Below are positions 9,679 through 19,337 of a stretch of DNA of 64,000 nt, piece by piece. Below the pieces are notes generated by a model. The model saw only the letters and a list, made by a program, of their open reading frames with translations. It ran no database searches and had not been told where the DNA came from. This DNA comes from an uncultured delta proteobacterium (lineage in GTDB: Bacteria > Myxococcota > Myxococcia > Myxococcales > Myxococcaceae). The DNA lies in assembly GCA_963713045.1 (NCBI GenBank), contig CAVQKE010000007.1, positions 320,001 to 384,000 of the forward strand. Direction: 5' to 3'. Each line of letters starts with the position of its first letter. Position 1 is the first letter of the stretch. A program made the position numbers and the translations under genes.

Positions 9679-9731
9679 TTCAGGGTCTAGCGCCCGAAAC
9701 GGCATGGAGGTTCGAGTCCTCTCCTGGGCAC
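9679..9731 (+). repeat. attR-like duplicate of tRNA-Leu(CAG) 3' half (not a complete tRNA)
   Basis: TTCAGGG anticodon loop, long variable arm, GGAGGTTCGAGTCCTCT T-arm, CCTGGGCAC acceptor strand; no 5' half upstream. Confidence 0.85.
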
Positions 9732-10153
9732 AGCAATTTCAGTGGTTTGTGGGATTTCGTGTGCACTGGGTGGGATCGAGCTTTGGGCACATGCGGGGCG
9801 GAGTCATTTCAGTCACGCTCGCCCGGACGCGCCGGACGTTCGCCAGCGCGCTCTCGACGCCCGCTTGAAAGCCAGAAAACAACGCCGCACCGCCGCCCGC
9901 GACGAGTATCCAAACGAAGAGAGTGAAGGAGTCGGCACCCAATAAACTGCCCTCCATCAGGTTTGGGCCTCGAGTCTCAGTCCCGCTCTGGAGTCACCAG
10001 GCTGCCACCCAACGCCGACGGAGCCGATGTGGGGTGCGGAGGGGTAACCTCGTCCTACGACAGAGCACCCGAGAAAGGCACTTACCGTGATGTCGCGACG
10101 GGGGCCTGAACGCACGCTGCCGACCAAGTTGGCGGAGATTTCTCGACGGTCCT

Positions 10154-10520
10154 TCAGTTGGTCCAGATCCAGCCCCCTCCGATCGCGACGAGGTGGCTCC
10201 CGGTGGCGTTAGACGCGACCGCTTCCCAGGGCCCGCTCGCGGCGGGGTCGCTGGTGGTCAAGTCGGTCCAGGTGGTGCCGCCGTTCGTCGAATACCAGAC
10301 GTCTCCATTGTAGCCGTTGACGAGCCCGTCCACCGCCATGAGGTTCATCCCCGTTGCGTCGGAGGCCACGGAAAACCACACCTGCCACGTCGGAGCCGAG
10401 GCCGAAGCAGCCCACGTGACCCCACCGTTGGCCGACGTCCAGATGTATCCCGTGTCGACGACCGCGACGAGCTTCGTTCCCGTCGCGTCCGACGCGACCG
10501 ACGACCAGCCTTGGCCTTGC
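10154..10520 (-). pseudogene. 3' fragment of a BNR/Asp-box-like beta-propeller repeat protein
   Basis: Three W..VAS.ATG..L.A repeats with S.NGG.TW boxes; no start codon or signal peptide before the GNAT gene. Confidence 0.55.
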
Positions 10521-10547
10521 GGCTTTCGAGGTGCGAAGTCGAAGGCG

Positions 10548-11048
10548 TCAGCCACGAGCCCGCTCCGCGAGAGAAGTGAGAAGGAACATTCTGTCGGGAC
10601 GTGTTGGCAGAGGGGTGAAGCCAAAGCTGGGGTAGAAGTCCCGGGATGCTTTGTAGAGCGCATCCACGACGATGGCGTAAACACCCAGGCTCTGTCGGCC
10701 GGCAAGGACCCGGTTGATCGCGTCCGCCAGAAGAACATCGCCCACTCGCTGCCCACGACTCCGGAGGTCGCGGGCCAAACGGCCTATGAGCGCTGCGGGA
10801 ATTGCACTGTAGCGGGAAAGCTTTTTGGCCAAGTCCTCTGGGAAGTCATCGAGCTGCAGCGAGAATGCGCTCAAGCTGTAGAAGCCCACCAGGCCGAGCT
10901 GGTCGTCGATGGCGACGAAGACTTGGGCAAGGTCGCGCTTGGTGTCCTGGGTCGCCCTATTTCTGAACCAATCGTCCAGGGAGGGCTCGCCGCAGCTGAA
11001 CGCACGACGGTCGTGCTGCTTCTGGAGCGGTTCGATGTGAATCGCCAA
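10548..11048 (-). CDS. GNAT acetyltransferase toxin (AtaT/TacT-like)
   Basis: FSCGEPSLDDWF, LIGRLARD..RGQRVG, IVVDA..FY..FGF. Confidence 0.9.
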   Translation of the reverse strand: MAIHIEPLQKQHDRRAFSCGEPSLDDWFRNRATQDTKRDLAQVFVAIDDQLGLVGFYSLSAFSLQLDDFPEDLAKKLSRYSAIPAALIGRLARDLRSRGQRVGDVLLADAINRVLAGRQSLGVYAIVVDALYKASRDFYPSFGFTPLPTRPDRMFLLTSLAERARG

Positions 11049-11054
11049 GAAGCC

Positions 11055-11345
11055 CTACCGGGAGACTTTGTCCGCGTGGAGCCTAAAGGCCTCGCTCAGG
11101 CGGGGCGAAGGCTTCGGCGGGTTGCGGACCGTAGCTAAGAAGACCTCACGGTCGGCTCCGCGGAGCACCATGCGCTCGTGGTCGTCGAGTACTTGCTTCG
11201 CGCCCTGGAGCGCCAGGTCAGCCGCGGGGAGGCCGGAGACCGCCATGGCGCGCAAGATGAGGGCCTTCGCCGAAGGGGCGACACGCAACTCAAGCCTCTG
11301 GCTCTTCAACTCCCTGATCTGCTTATTTTTCGCCGCCCTGGCCAT
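11055..11345 (-). CDS. DUF1778 antitoxin (AtaR/TacA-like)
   Basis: RLELRV...A....G...FL....NPPKPS..L; directly upstream of the GNAT toxin. Confidence 0.9.
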   Translation of the reverse strand: MARAAKNKQIRELKSQRLELRVAPSAKALILRAMAVSGLPAADLALQGAKQVLDDHERMVLRGADREVFLATVRNPPKPSPRLSEAFRLHADKVSR

Positions 11346-11523
11346 GGACGAGATGTACGTCAACTAGCCGTACACGTCAACGTGTGGCGCAATCGCCCCC
11401 AATTGCGAGCGGGAGGTCGTATTTCGCAAAAAATCCTGTGACACCGGCGAGGCAGTCGAAGCGGGCCCTGAGTGCTGTGGTGGTGACCCTGCTCGAAGCC
11501 ACTGTCGAGCGTGCTGAGAAGCG

Positions 11524-11934
11524 TTAGGATTTCTTGGGCGGGTTAACCGCGCTGTCACGGTCGATCTCACGCTGGCGCCTGTCCTCAGCTAGCCAGACCG
11601 GGAAGTGGAATCGGTCACTGATCCGGCAGTATCCGTAGGTTCCTCGGAAGTGGCCGGGTGACTCATCGCGGTCGGGCAACTCATAGACGGACGTCGGACG
11701 CACTTCGAGGTGTCCAAGCTGCACCCCAACCCTGCCAATGCGGTGCGTCTCTGGTGTCCAGTGGTTGTTCGGAATGCGAGGCTGGCCGGTGACTCGGGTT
11801 GGACACTCGCTAACGAAGACCTTGTACCGCTCGAACGCCTTACCGAACCGCCAGCGCGCAAAAGGACTGCTAATCGCGTTCCATAGAGGGTCCAGGAACT
11901 TGAGTGCCGCTCCGCCGAGGCCAATAGGGTCCAC
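11524..11934 (-). CDS. Hypothetical protein
   Basis: 136 aa ORF with protein-like composition inside the islet. Confidence 0.45.
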   Translation of the reverse strand: MDPIGLGGAALKFLDPLWNAISSPFARWRFGKAFERYKVFVSECPTRVTGQPRIPNNHWTPETHRIGRVGVQLGHLEVRPTSVYELPDRDESPGHFRGTYGYCRISDRFHFPVWLAEDRRQREIDRDSAVNPPKKS

Positions 11935-12054
11935 TGCGGTCGAAGTTTTGCGGTGCGCTCTGACAGCCCCCTGACGCTACTTTTTGGCAGAGCTTACGTT
12001 CGCAAGACCCGCCTGCCCGCCGGTTCTCAGAGAGGGCCGGGACTGTCTCAACCC

Positions 12055-12105
12055 TTCAGGGTCTAGCGCTCGAAACGGCATGGAGGTTCGAGTCATCTCC
12101 TGGGC
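12055..12105 (+). repeat. Second, degenerate tRNA-Leu 3'-half att copy
   Basis: 51 bp match to 9679-9729 with 2 mismatches. Confidence 0.85.
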
Positions 12106-12292
12106 GTACGTTGAATAGTTGGGGAGGGTTGCGGACGCGAGTTCAGATTGGCGAAGTCCGCGCTAGGACGCGCACCTCTTCGGCCCGAGCGCGATCCGGC
12201 CACTCGAGCTGCCCAACGGGAAACGACACGGCAACGGCCGAGCCTGGATTCAGCCACGGATTTGTCACCGTCGGCTGCAAAAGGTGCCCTTC

Positions 12293-14113
12293 ATGAGCGA
12301 ACCGTCCATCCCGGAAGTCCTCGGGCAAGTGGAAAGGCTGCTCGCCGAGGTGGAGCGCGCCACGCCCACGGAGAGCGAGCTGGCTGTGCTCTCGCCCCAG
12401 CACCGGCCAGGCGCCCTCAACCTGCGCCACTACCTGGCACTGCGCCTGCACGACGTTCGGCACCTTCAGACAATGCTCGCCGAGTTGGGGCTGTCCTCCC
12501 TGGGTCGGGCCGAAGGGCACGTCCACGCCACGCTCTTGGCGGTGCGGCGCGCGCTTGCACGACTCGAAGGTCGGACTGCACCGGTGCCGAAGCCTCTCGG
12601 GCCGGACTTCGAGCAGGCGCGCAGCGCCCTCAATGCGCAGGCCGACGCGCTACTGGGAGTCGCTCCCTCGGGGCGCGCCGTGAGAATCATGGTCACCGCC
12701 GACGCGAGTCTTGCGGGGAGTCCAGACTCGGTGCGCGCACTGTTGCGCGCTGGCATGAGCTGCCTTCGAGTCAACTGCGCGCACGACGGGCCTGACACCT
12801 GGCGGCGCATCGCTGGGCACCTTCGCGCGGCGCAACAGGAGCTGGGCACTCCCTGTCAGCTGCTGATGGACCTCGGTGGCCCGAAAATACGGACCGGGCC
12901 GCTTGAACCCGGCCCAGCGGTGGTGACGTGGAAGGTGCTCCGTGACGCCTGCGGAAAAGTCCTGTCGCCGACGCTGGTGTGGCTCGTCCCCGAGGGCGAT
13001 GCACGCCCTCGCCCGTCGCCGGTATTGCGCTTCCCATCCGCCTGGGTCACGCAGCTGAAGGAAGGCGAACTCCTTCAATTTCACGACGCCCGGGGGCGAG
13101 CACGCGAGTTGCGGGTCGTTGGGCGTGAGGGCGATGCGGTGAAGGCCGAGACCGAGCGGCGGGCCTATGTCGTCGAGGACACGGCGTTTCGTCGGCAGGG
13201 CTTCGAGGAGCGTGTCTTCCCCCTGGGACTGCCCAGGTGCGAGGTCCCCCTGCAACTGGCGGTGGGAGATGAGCTCATCCTCACGCGCGGGCTTGCACCC
13301 GGCTCCGCGGCGGTGAAGGACGCATTGGGAAACGTGCTGCGGGCAGCCCGCATTGGCTGCACCGAGCCCGCCGTCCTCCTGGCTGCAAGGCCGGGCCAAC
13401 GCGTCCTCCTCGACGACGGAAAATTCGAGGCTGAAACCGTCCACGTCGACGCGGAGCAGATGCACTTGCGGGTGACACGCGCCCCGCTCCCCTTTGGGAA
13501 GTTGGGCAGCGAAAAGGGCGTCAGCCTCCCGGACACGCGCCTTCAGCTGCCGTCGCTGGGCGAGGCAGACCGAGCCGACTTGCTCGAGGTCGTCGCGCTG
13601 GCAGACCTGGTGGGTCTGTCCTTCGTTCAGAGCCCCGAGGACGTGCATGCGCTGCGCGCCGAGCTGACGCGTCTTCACGCCTCCCGCTTGGGCATCGTTC
13701 TCAAAATCGAGACTCCCCATGCCTTTGAGTCGATGCCCGCACTGCTTTGGGCGGCGATGGAGCACGAGCGTGTGGGGATCATGATTGCGCGGGGCGACCT
13801 CGCCGTGGAATGCGGCTACCAGCGCCTGGCAGAAGTGCAGGAGGAGCTGCTCTGGATTTGTGAGGCGGCCCACCTGCCCGCCATTTGGGCGACGCAGGTG
13901 TTGGAGGGAATGGCCAAAACAGGCGTTCCCAGCCGAGCCGAGGTGACGGATGCGGCCATGGGCGAGCGCGCCGAGTGCGTCATGCTCAACAAGGGCCCCC
14001 ACATCGTGGAAGCCGTGATTGCGCTGGACGACATTCTTCGTCGGATGGAGGAACACCAGTCGAAGAAGACGGCGCAGCTCCGAGCGCTCAAGTCCTGGCG
14101 TCCCGGGTCTTGA
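12293..14113 (+). CDS. pyk: Pyruvate kinase (long form)
   Basis: RVNCAHD, MDLGGPKIRTG, LKIET, IMIARGDLAVE, WATQVLE, PSRAEVTD, CVMLNKG. Confidence 0.92.
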   Translation: MSEPSIPEVLGQVERLLAEVERATPTESELAVLSPQHRPGALNLRHYLALRLHDVRHLQTMLAELGLSSLGRAEGHVHATLLAVRRALARLEGRTAPVPKPLGPDFEQARSALNAQADALLGVAPSGRAVRIMVTADASLAGSPDSVRALLRAGMSCLRVNCAHDGPDTWRRIAGHLRAAQQELGTPCQLLMDLGGPKIRTGPLEPGPAVVTWKVLRDACGKVLSPTLVWLVPEGDARPRPSPVLRFPSAWVTQLKEGELLQFHDARGRARELRVVGREGDAVKAETERRAYVVEDTAFRRQGFEERVFPLGLPRCEVPLQLAVGDELILTRGLAPGSAAVKDALGNVLRAARIGCTEPAVLLAARPGQRVLLDDGKFEAETVHVDAEQMHLRVTRAPLPFGKLGSEKGVSLPDTRLQLPSLGEADRADLLEVVALADLVGLSFVQSPEDVHALRAELTRLHASRLGIVLKIETPHAFESMPALLWAAMEHERVGIMIARGDLAVECGYQRLAEVQEELLWICEAAHLPAIWATQVLEGMAKTGVPSRAEVTDAAMGERAECVMLNKGPHIVEAVIALDDILRRMEEHQSKKTAQLRALKSWRPGS

Positions 14114-14206
14114 CGAAAGCGCCTGGCCCTCACAGGTCCCGGCAACGCGCGGCCATCGACTTTCGAGCCCCGGACCTTCGGACCCGCGTGCGCCGAGGCC
14201 CGACGC

Positions 14207-15739
14207 TTACCTCTTCGCCGCGTCCCGCCCGTCAGCCGCTCGCTCGGCGAGGGCGCGACGTCGAGTGGCTTCAGTCTCTAGAGCGATCGCCAGCTCCACC
14301 ACTCCACGCCGGATTTCGGCTGTGCCGACCGCAGCGAAACCCAATTGCAATCCCTCCTTTGACATCGGTGCTCGACCGTAGCGGCTCAAGGGAGTTACCT
14401 CGACATCCCGCCGGGCGGCCGCCGTTGCCGCAGACTCCGAATCGATTCCGGCGCACAGCCAGCCAACGGTCTGCAGCCCGGCTTCGACACCCGAAATCTC
14501 GAGCAGCCCGGCGAGCCTTTGACGGGCGCCTTCAAGCAGAACAGAAAGTCGCTCGGAGTACATCTCGCGCATCCGCCGGAGATGGCGCCCGAAGTGTCCC
14601 TCGGTGATGAAGTCGCCGAGTACCGCTTGCTGCAAGACCGGCGGGTGCCGGCTGGTAATCGACTTGACGGCGGCGAAGTTGGCCACCAGGTCGGTCGGGA
14701 CGACCAGGTATGCCAACCGGAGCGATGGGAAAAGCACTTTGCTGAAACTGCCCCCGAAGAGCACCAGTCCGTTCTGATCGAGCCCTTGCAATGCCGGCAC
14801 CGGGCGGCCCGAGTAACGGTACTCGCTGTCATAGTCGTCTTCGAAGATGAGCGCGCCGGACACTCGAGCCCACTCGAGCAACGCCAGTCGCCGCGGGAGG
14901 CTCATGGTGATTCCCAGCGGGAACTGGTGTCCGGGCGTCACGTAAACCAGCCGCGCACCGCGCAAGCGCGCGACTCGCAGCTCCATCCCTTGGTCGTCGA
15001 CCGGCACCCCGGAAATCTTCGCCCCGGCGGCCTCGAAGACGAGGCCCGCTCCCACGTACCCCGGATCTTCCATGCACACCCGGTCACCGGGATTGAGAAA
15101 AATCCTGGCCACCAAATCGAGCGCTTCCTGAATCCCGGAAACGATTACCACTTGCCCAGCGTCGCATTTGACGCCCCGAGAGACGTTCAGGTAGTCGGCG
15201 ATGGCCGCCCGCAGCGGGGCGTGCCCCATTGGATCGCAACCCAGCAGCATGCCGGTCGAGGCGCGACGAGAACGCCGCGCTGTGAGTTGGGTCCACAAGG
15301 CTGTCGGAAAAGCGGACAGCGCCGGCAGATTGGGACGAAAGGCGCGGCTCGCACGGACCTCGAGGCCGGGAAACAACACCACCCGACGGGCGTAGTCCGA
15401 GACGCGACGCTGCGGTCGCGGCGGCGTGGATGGCCGCACGCGTGGTTCTCCCCTGACCTGGAGCAGCTCCTCGGGAAGCACCTTGCTGACATAGGTGCCC
15501 GAGCCGATGGCACCTTCCACGTAGCCCTCCGCCTTCAGCTGCTCGAAGGCAGTGACGACGGTTCCACGCGAAAGTCCGTATTGCTCGGCCAGTTCGCGCG
15601 TCGCCGGAAGGCGCGCGCGTGGGCGAAGGCGGCCCTCCAGAATCTCGCCGCGCAGTGCCCTGTACAGCCAATGGTGCGCGGGGGTTTTTCCGCCCCGCGA
15701 GGGAAGCGTCAGGGCAAATGCGCTGGTCCGTTTGGCCAT
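14207..15739 (-). CDS. MocR/GntR family PLP-dependent transcriptional regulator
   Basis: GntR HTH (LPATRELA..SRGTV) plus aminotransferase-like domain (EDDYDSEY, SFSKVLFPSLRL). Confidence 0.93.
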   Translation of the reverse strand: MAKRTSAFALTLPSRGGKTPAHHWLYRALRGEILEGRLRPRARLPATRELAEQYGLSRGTVVTAFEQLKAEGYVEGAIGSGTYVSKVLPEELLQVRGEPRVRPSTPPRPQRRVSDYARRVVLFPGLEVRASRAFRPNLPALSAFPTALWTQLTARRSRRASTGMLLGCDPMGHAPLRAAIADYLNVSRGVKCDAGQVVIVSGIQEALDLVARIFLNPGDRVCMEDPGYVGAGLVFEAAGAKISGVPVDDQGMELRVARLRGARLVYVTPGHQFPLGITMSLPRRLALLEWARVSGALIFEDDYDSEYRYSGRPVPALQGLDQNGLVLFGGSFSKVLFPSLRLAYLVVPTDLVANFAAVKSITSRHPPVLQQAVLGDFITEGHFGRHLRRMREMYSERLSVLLEGARQRLAGLLEISGVEAGLQTVGWLCAGIDSESAATAAARRDVEVTPLSRYGRAPMSKEGLQLGFAAVGTAEIRRGVVELAIALETEATRRRALAERAADGRDAAKR

Positions 15740-15930
15740 TCGAAGTGGTCCAGTTCAAATCCAGTAAATGGTCCTTACCGATGCACCACTCTACGTTAGA
15801 TTGCCTGGGCAATGACACGAGCCACGGCGACATTTCGAGGGGCGGCCAGCCTCATCATCGCAGTCTGCGACCACCAGCTGCCGCTCTCTGGGCCGCCGCC
15901 TGAAACACCGGCCTCGGGAGTGACGGCGCC

Positions 15931-16425
15931 ATGAACGACGTTCTGTCGACCGCCTTGGACGTCGTCTTTCGCCGCTCGGCGAAGCACGCGCAGGTCGACT
16001 GGACGCGTGTCGGCCGGTGGTACGCTCGAATCGCCCTGGGCGTGGGCTTCCTGTCAGGCGTCGCCGACCGTTTCGGTCTCTGGCGCGGCCGGAATGTCGG
16101 GTACGGAGATTTCAGCCACTTCGTCCTGTACACGGCCAAAGTGAATTCGTTCATGCCAGCGTTCACCATCCCATTCCTCGCGTGGGCAGCCACCGTCGCG
16201 GAGTTCTCACTGGGGATGGCGCTCGTCGTGGGTCTGCGGCTGCGCTGGGCAGCCCTTGGCAGCGCGGTGCTACTCGTTTCCTTCGGGACTGCGATGGCAA
16301 TTTCTTTCGGCCTGAAGTCGCCACTGGACTACTCGGTCTTCTCTGCATCGGCGGGAGCATTCCTGCTGGCGCTCTCTGAAGCTCCCAAGGGCACTCTCTC
16401 GCAGAAGACGCGCCCCCAAGACTGA
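15931..16425 (+). CDS. DoxX family membrane protein
   Basis: RIALGVGFLSGVADRFG..., PLDYSVFSAS. Confidence 0.8.
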   Translation: MNDVLSTALDVVFRRSAKHAQVDWTRVGRWYARIALGVGFLSGVADRFGLWRGRNVGYGDFSHFVLYTAKVNSFMPAFTIPFLAWAATVAEFSLGMALVVGLRLRWAALGSAVLLVSFGTAMAISFGLKSPLDYSVFSASAGAFLLALSEAPKGTLSQKTRPQD

Positions 16426-16443
16426 CCTAGCAGGGGACACATC

Positions 16444-16905
16444 GTGAAAACTCGCCTCAACTACTCCAGCGTTGCCCCAGAGATTTACGCGGCCATGGAT
16501 GCAGCGGACCAATATCTCAGCCGCTGCGGACTGGAACCGGGCCTATTGAACTTGATTCGGTTGCGGGCATCGCAAATCAACGGGTGCGCCTACTGCCTCG
16601 ACATGCACTGGAAGGACCTGCGCGCGAGCGGTGACACCGAGCAGCGTCTGTCTTCGTTGGAGGTCTGGCGCGAGTGCCCGTACTACACGGAACGCGAGCG
16701 GGCCGCTCTTGCCTGGACCGAGGCCGTGACCCTTGTCACCAATGGCCACGTCCCTGACACCGTCCATGATGAGGTGCGTCCGCACTTCAGCGAAAAGGAG
16801 CTATCGAATCTGACGCTGGCGGTGGCCGCCATCAACGCTTGGAATCGTCTCTCGATTGCGGGCCGCCTCATCCCGGGCGACTACCAGCCAGCGGATGCGC
16901 CGTGA
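16444..16905 (+). CDS. Carboxymuconolactone decarboxylase/AhpD-like protein
   Basis: LRASQINGCAYCLDMH, INAWNRL. Confidence 0.9.
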   Translation: MKTRLNYSSVAPEIYAAMDAADQYLSRCGLEPGLLNLIRLRASQINGCAYCLDMHWKDLRASGDTEQRLSSLEVWRECPYYTERERAALAWTEAVTLVTNGHVPDTVHDEVRPHFSEKELSNLTLAVAAINAWNRLSIAGRLIPGDYQPADAP

Positions 16906-17876
16906 AACGGGCCGTCGACGGAAACCACGACTCATTCAATTCCTCCGCGGGGCGGATGCCCTCGCTCTCGCCGTCGGCGCCGGGGCGCATGAGGCTCTTG
17001 TCATCCCGGACCACTGGCACCGATTGGCTGCTGCTGGTCGTTCCGGGGCTCATCTGGGGTGCGTCGTTTCTGTTCATCGCAGAGGGACTCAGGGCGATTG
17101 GGCCCAACGGGCTCACCTTGGTCCGAATCCTCGTTGGATTCGTCACGCTTGGACTGATTCCTTCCGCCCGCGCTCCTGTCTCTCGCTCGGACTGGCCGGC
17201 GATTGCCTTGCTCGGGTTGCTCTGGCTCGCCTTCCCCCTGAGCATGTTTCCGTTTGCCGAACAGCGTGTCTCCTCGGCACTGACCGGAATGTTGAACGGG
17301 GCAAATCCCCTGTTTACCGCCATCGTGGCAGCTGGCCTCAATCGCCGCGCGCCATCGCGGGCCGTCGCTGCGGGTCTCGCCGTGGGTTTGGCAGGGACGG
17401 TGCTCATCGCTTGGCCCTCGCTTGGCGAAGGCCGCAGCAGCGTCGAAGGCATTCTCATGATTCTGGCCGCCGTCGCCTCCTACGGTTTCGCTCTCAACCT
17501 GGCGCGGCCACTTCAGCAGCGAAACGGCGCACTCCCAGTCATTTGGCGTGCCCAGGCGGTCGGACTTCTGTTGACGGCTCCGTTCGGCCTGGCCGACCTG
17601 GCGTCGGCACGCTGGACCCCCGGTCCCCTGCTGGCTGTCCTCGCCCTCGGCATGCTCGGAACGGGCCTGGCTTACGTCCTGATGGCGGTCGCCGCCGGCC
17701 GGGTGGGAGCAACCCGCGCGTCGGCTACGACGTTTCTCATTCCGGCAGTGGCGTTGGTGCTCGGGGTCGCCGTGCGTGGCGAGCACGTGGCGCCACTCTC
17801 TGTGGCAGGCGGGGTTGTCTGCGTCGCCGGCGCGTGGCTCATCCGCCGGGCGCAGCTCGAGGCCGGACGCATCTAA
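16902..17876 (+). CDS. EamA/DMT transporter (start uncertain)
   Basis: IWGASFLFI; about 10 hydrophobic segments; two-repeat layout. Confidence 0.85.
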   Translation: MKRAVDGNHDSFNSSAGRMPSLSPSAPGRMRLLSSRTTGTDWLLLVVPGLIWGASFLFIAEGLRAIGPNGLTLVRILVGFVTLGLIPSARAPVSRSDWPAIALLGLLWLAFPLSMFPFAEQRVSSALTGMLNGANPLFTAIVAAGLNRRAPSRAVAAGLAVGLAGTVLIAWPSLGEGRSSVEGILMILAAVASYGFALNLARPLQQRNGALPVIWRAQAVGLLLTAPFGLADLASARWTPGPLLAVLALGMLGTGLAYVLMAVAAGRVGATRASATTFLIPAVALVLGVAVRGEHVAPLSVAGGVVCVAGAWLIRRAQLEAGRI

Positions 17877-18299
17877 GGCGCTGCGCCACGCCTTGACTTG
17901 AGCGATTTCAATCGTCTCAGGGCCCCGTTTTGCGTGTACCGGCGCTGGAGTGGCTCGGTCGCCGAGCGTGCGAGACCCATTCCGCCTCAACGCGACGCGC
18001 CGCTTGAAAGAGTGAAGGCCGAGTGTTTTTTCGTCGAACGGCGGGCTCGGCTTTCTAGCGCGACCGCGCTGGGTGCGCTACGTGACACTTGAGCCCGTGC
18101 TGGATCCCCCCCATCAGCGCGGGTTCCCGTGTGCCGGGCGGCTCCTTTGGAGCCGCTCGGCCCGCGGTTTGACAACAGGGCCCCCGCATGGCCACCACCG
18201 GTGAAGTCCTCCGCTAGTGCGAGGGTGCCGGCCGCGACTCTTTGCGGCCACCTTCGGCGCGATTGCCATCCGACGCCGCTGCCGTTAGGAGGCCCAGAC

Positions 18300-19322
18300 A
18301 TGAAAGCTCCCAAGGCCTCCACCTCACGGCAGCTCGGCAAAAGCGGCCCGTTGGTTTTTCCTCTCTCGCTTGGCTGCATGGGCATGTCGGGCATGTACGG
18401 GCCGGCAGATGAGGCCGAGAGCATTGCCACCATTCACGAGGCCTTAGAGAGGGGCATGACCCTGTTGGACACCGGCGACTTCTACGGAATGGGCCACAAC
18501 GAGATGCTTGTCGGCCGGGCCCTTCGCGGGCGCCGCCAGGGGGCGCTCCTCTCGGTGAAGTTTGGCGCCCTGCGCGGTCCAAACGGGAGCTGGGTGGGCT
18601 TCGACGCTCGGCCGGCCGCAGTGAAGAATTTCCTCTCCTACAGCTTGGTGCGCCTCGGCGTGGACCATGTGGACATCTACCGTCCGGCGAGGCTCGACCC
18701 AAGCGTCCCCATTGAAGACACGATGGGTGCCCTGGCCGAACTGGTGCAGGCCGGTTACGTGCGTGCCATCGGACTGTCCGAGGTGGGAGCGGACACCGTG
18801 GCCCGGGCGAATGCAGTGCACCCAGTGGCCGACTTGCAAATTGAATACTCGCTCCTCAGCCGCGGCCCGGAAGTGGATATTTTCCCCCGCCTGCGCGAAC
18901 TCGACATTGGGGTGACGGCCTACGGCGTCCTCTCCCGCGGCCTGTTGAGCGGCTCGAAGCCCGCGGCCAAGGGCGACTTCCGCGGCGCCCTGCCGCGCTT
19001 TACTGCCGAAAACCGGCAACGGAACGAAGCGCTGGTGCAGGCCCTGGAGCGGGTGGCCGTCCAGAAGGGATGCACCCCGACGCAGTTGGCGATTGCTTGG
19101 GTGCTGGCCAAGGATGCCCGCATTGTCCCAACGGTGGGCGCAAGGACACGCGCCCAGCTGGCCGAGATGCTGGGCGCGCTCAGCGTCGAGCTGTCGGCGG
19201 AGGAAATTCGTCAACTCGAGGCGGCGGTGCCAGCGAGCGCCGTGGCCGGCACGCGCTACGACGCACACCAGATGCGGATGCTGGACAGCGAGAAGCCCGC
19301 GGGCAACGCGCCCCGCGCCTAG
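18300..19322 (+). CDS. Aldo/keto reductase
   Basis: [36 protein letters not shown]. Confidence 0.92.
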   Translation: MKAPKASTSRQLGKSGPLVFPLSLGCMGMSGMYGPADEAESIATIHEALERGMTLLDTGDFYGMGHNEMLVGRALRGRRQGALLSVKFGALRGPNGSWVGFDARPAAVKNFLSYSLVRLGVDHVDIYRPARLDPSVPIEDTMGALAELVQAGYVRAIGLSEVGADTVARANAVHPVADLQIEYSLLSRGPEVDIFPRLRELDIGVTAYGVLSRGLLSGSKPAAKGDFRGALPRFTAENRQRNEALVQALERVAVQKGCTPTQLAIAWVLAKDARIVPTVGARTRAQLAEMLGALSVELSAEEIRQLEAAVPASAVAGTRYDAHQMRMLDSEKPAGNAPRA

Positions 19323-19337
19323 GCCCGGCGTCGGCCG

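Larger units (their letters stand above)
1..9730. mobile_element. Integrated phage-satellite/PICI-like element (right part; integrase and attL not in window)
   Basis: Translationally coupled phage-like ORFs (regulator, primase-helicase, Zn-finger, TerS-like, capsid-cement-like), an iteron-like cluster, and a right border at a tRNA-Leu 3'-half duplicate. Confidence 0.8.

Noticed and set aside
9679..9732. Complete tRNA-Leu gene
   Set aside because: Only the part from the anticodon loop to the 3' end is present; no D-arm or 5' acceptor strand lies upstream
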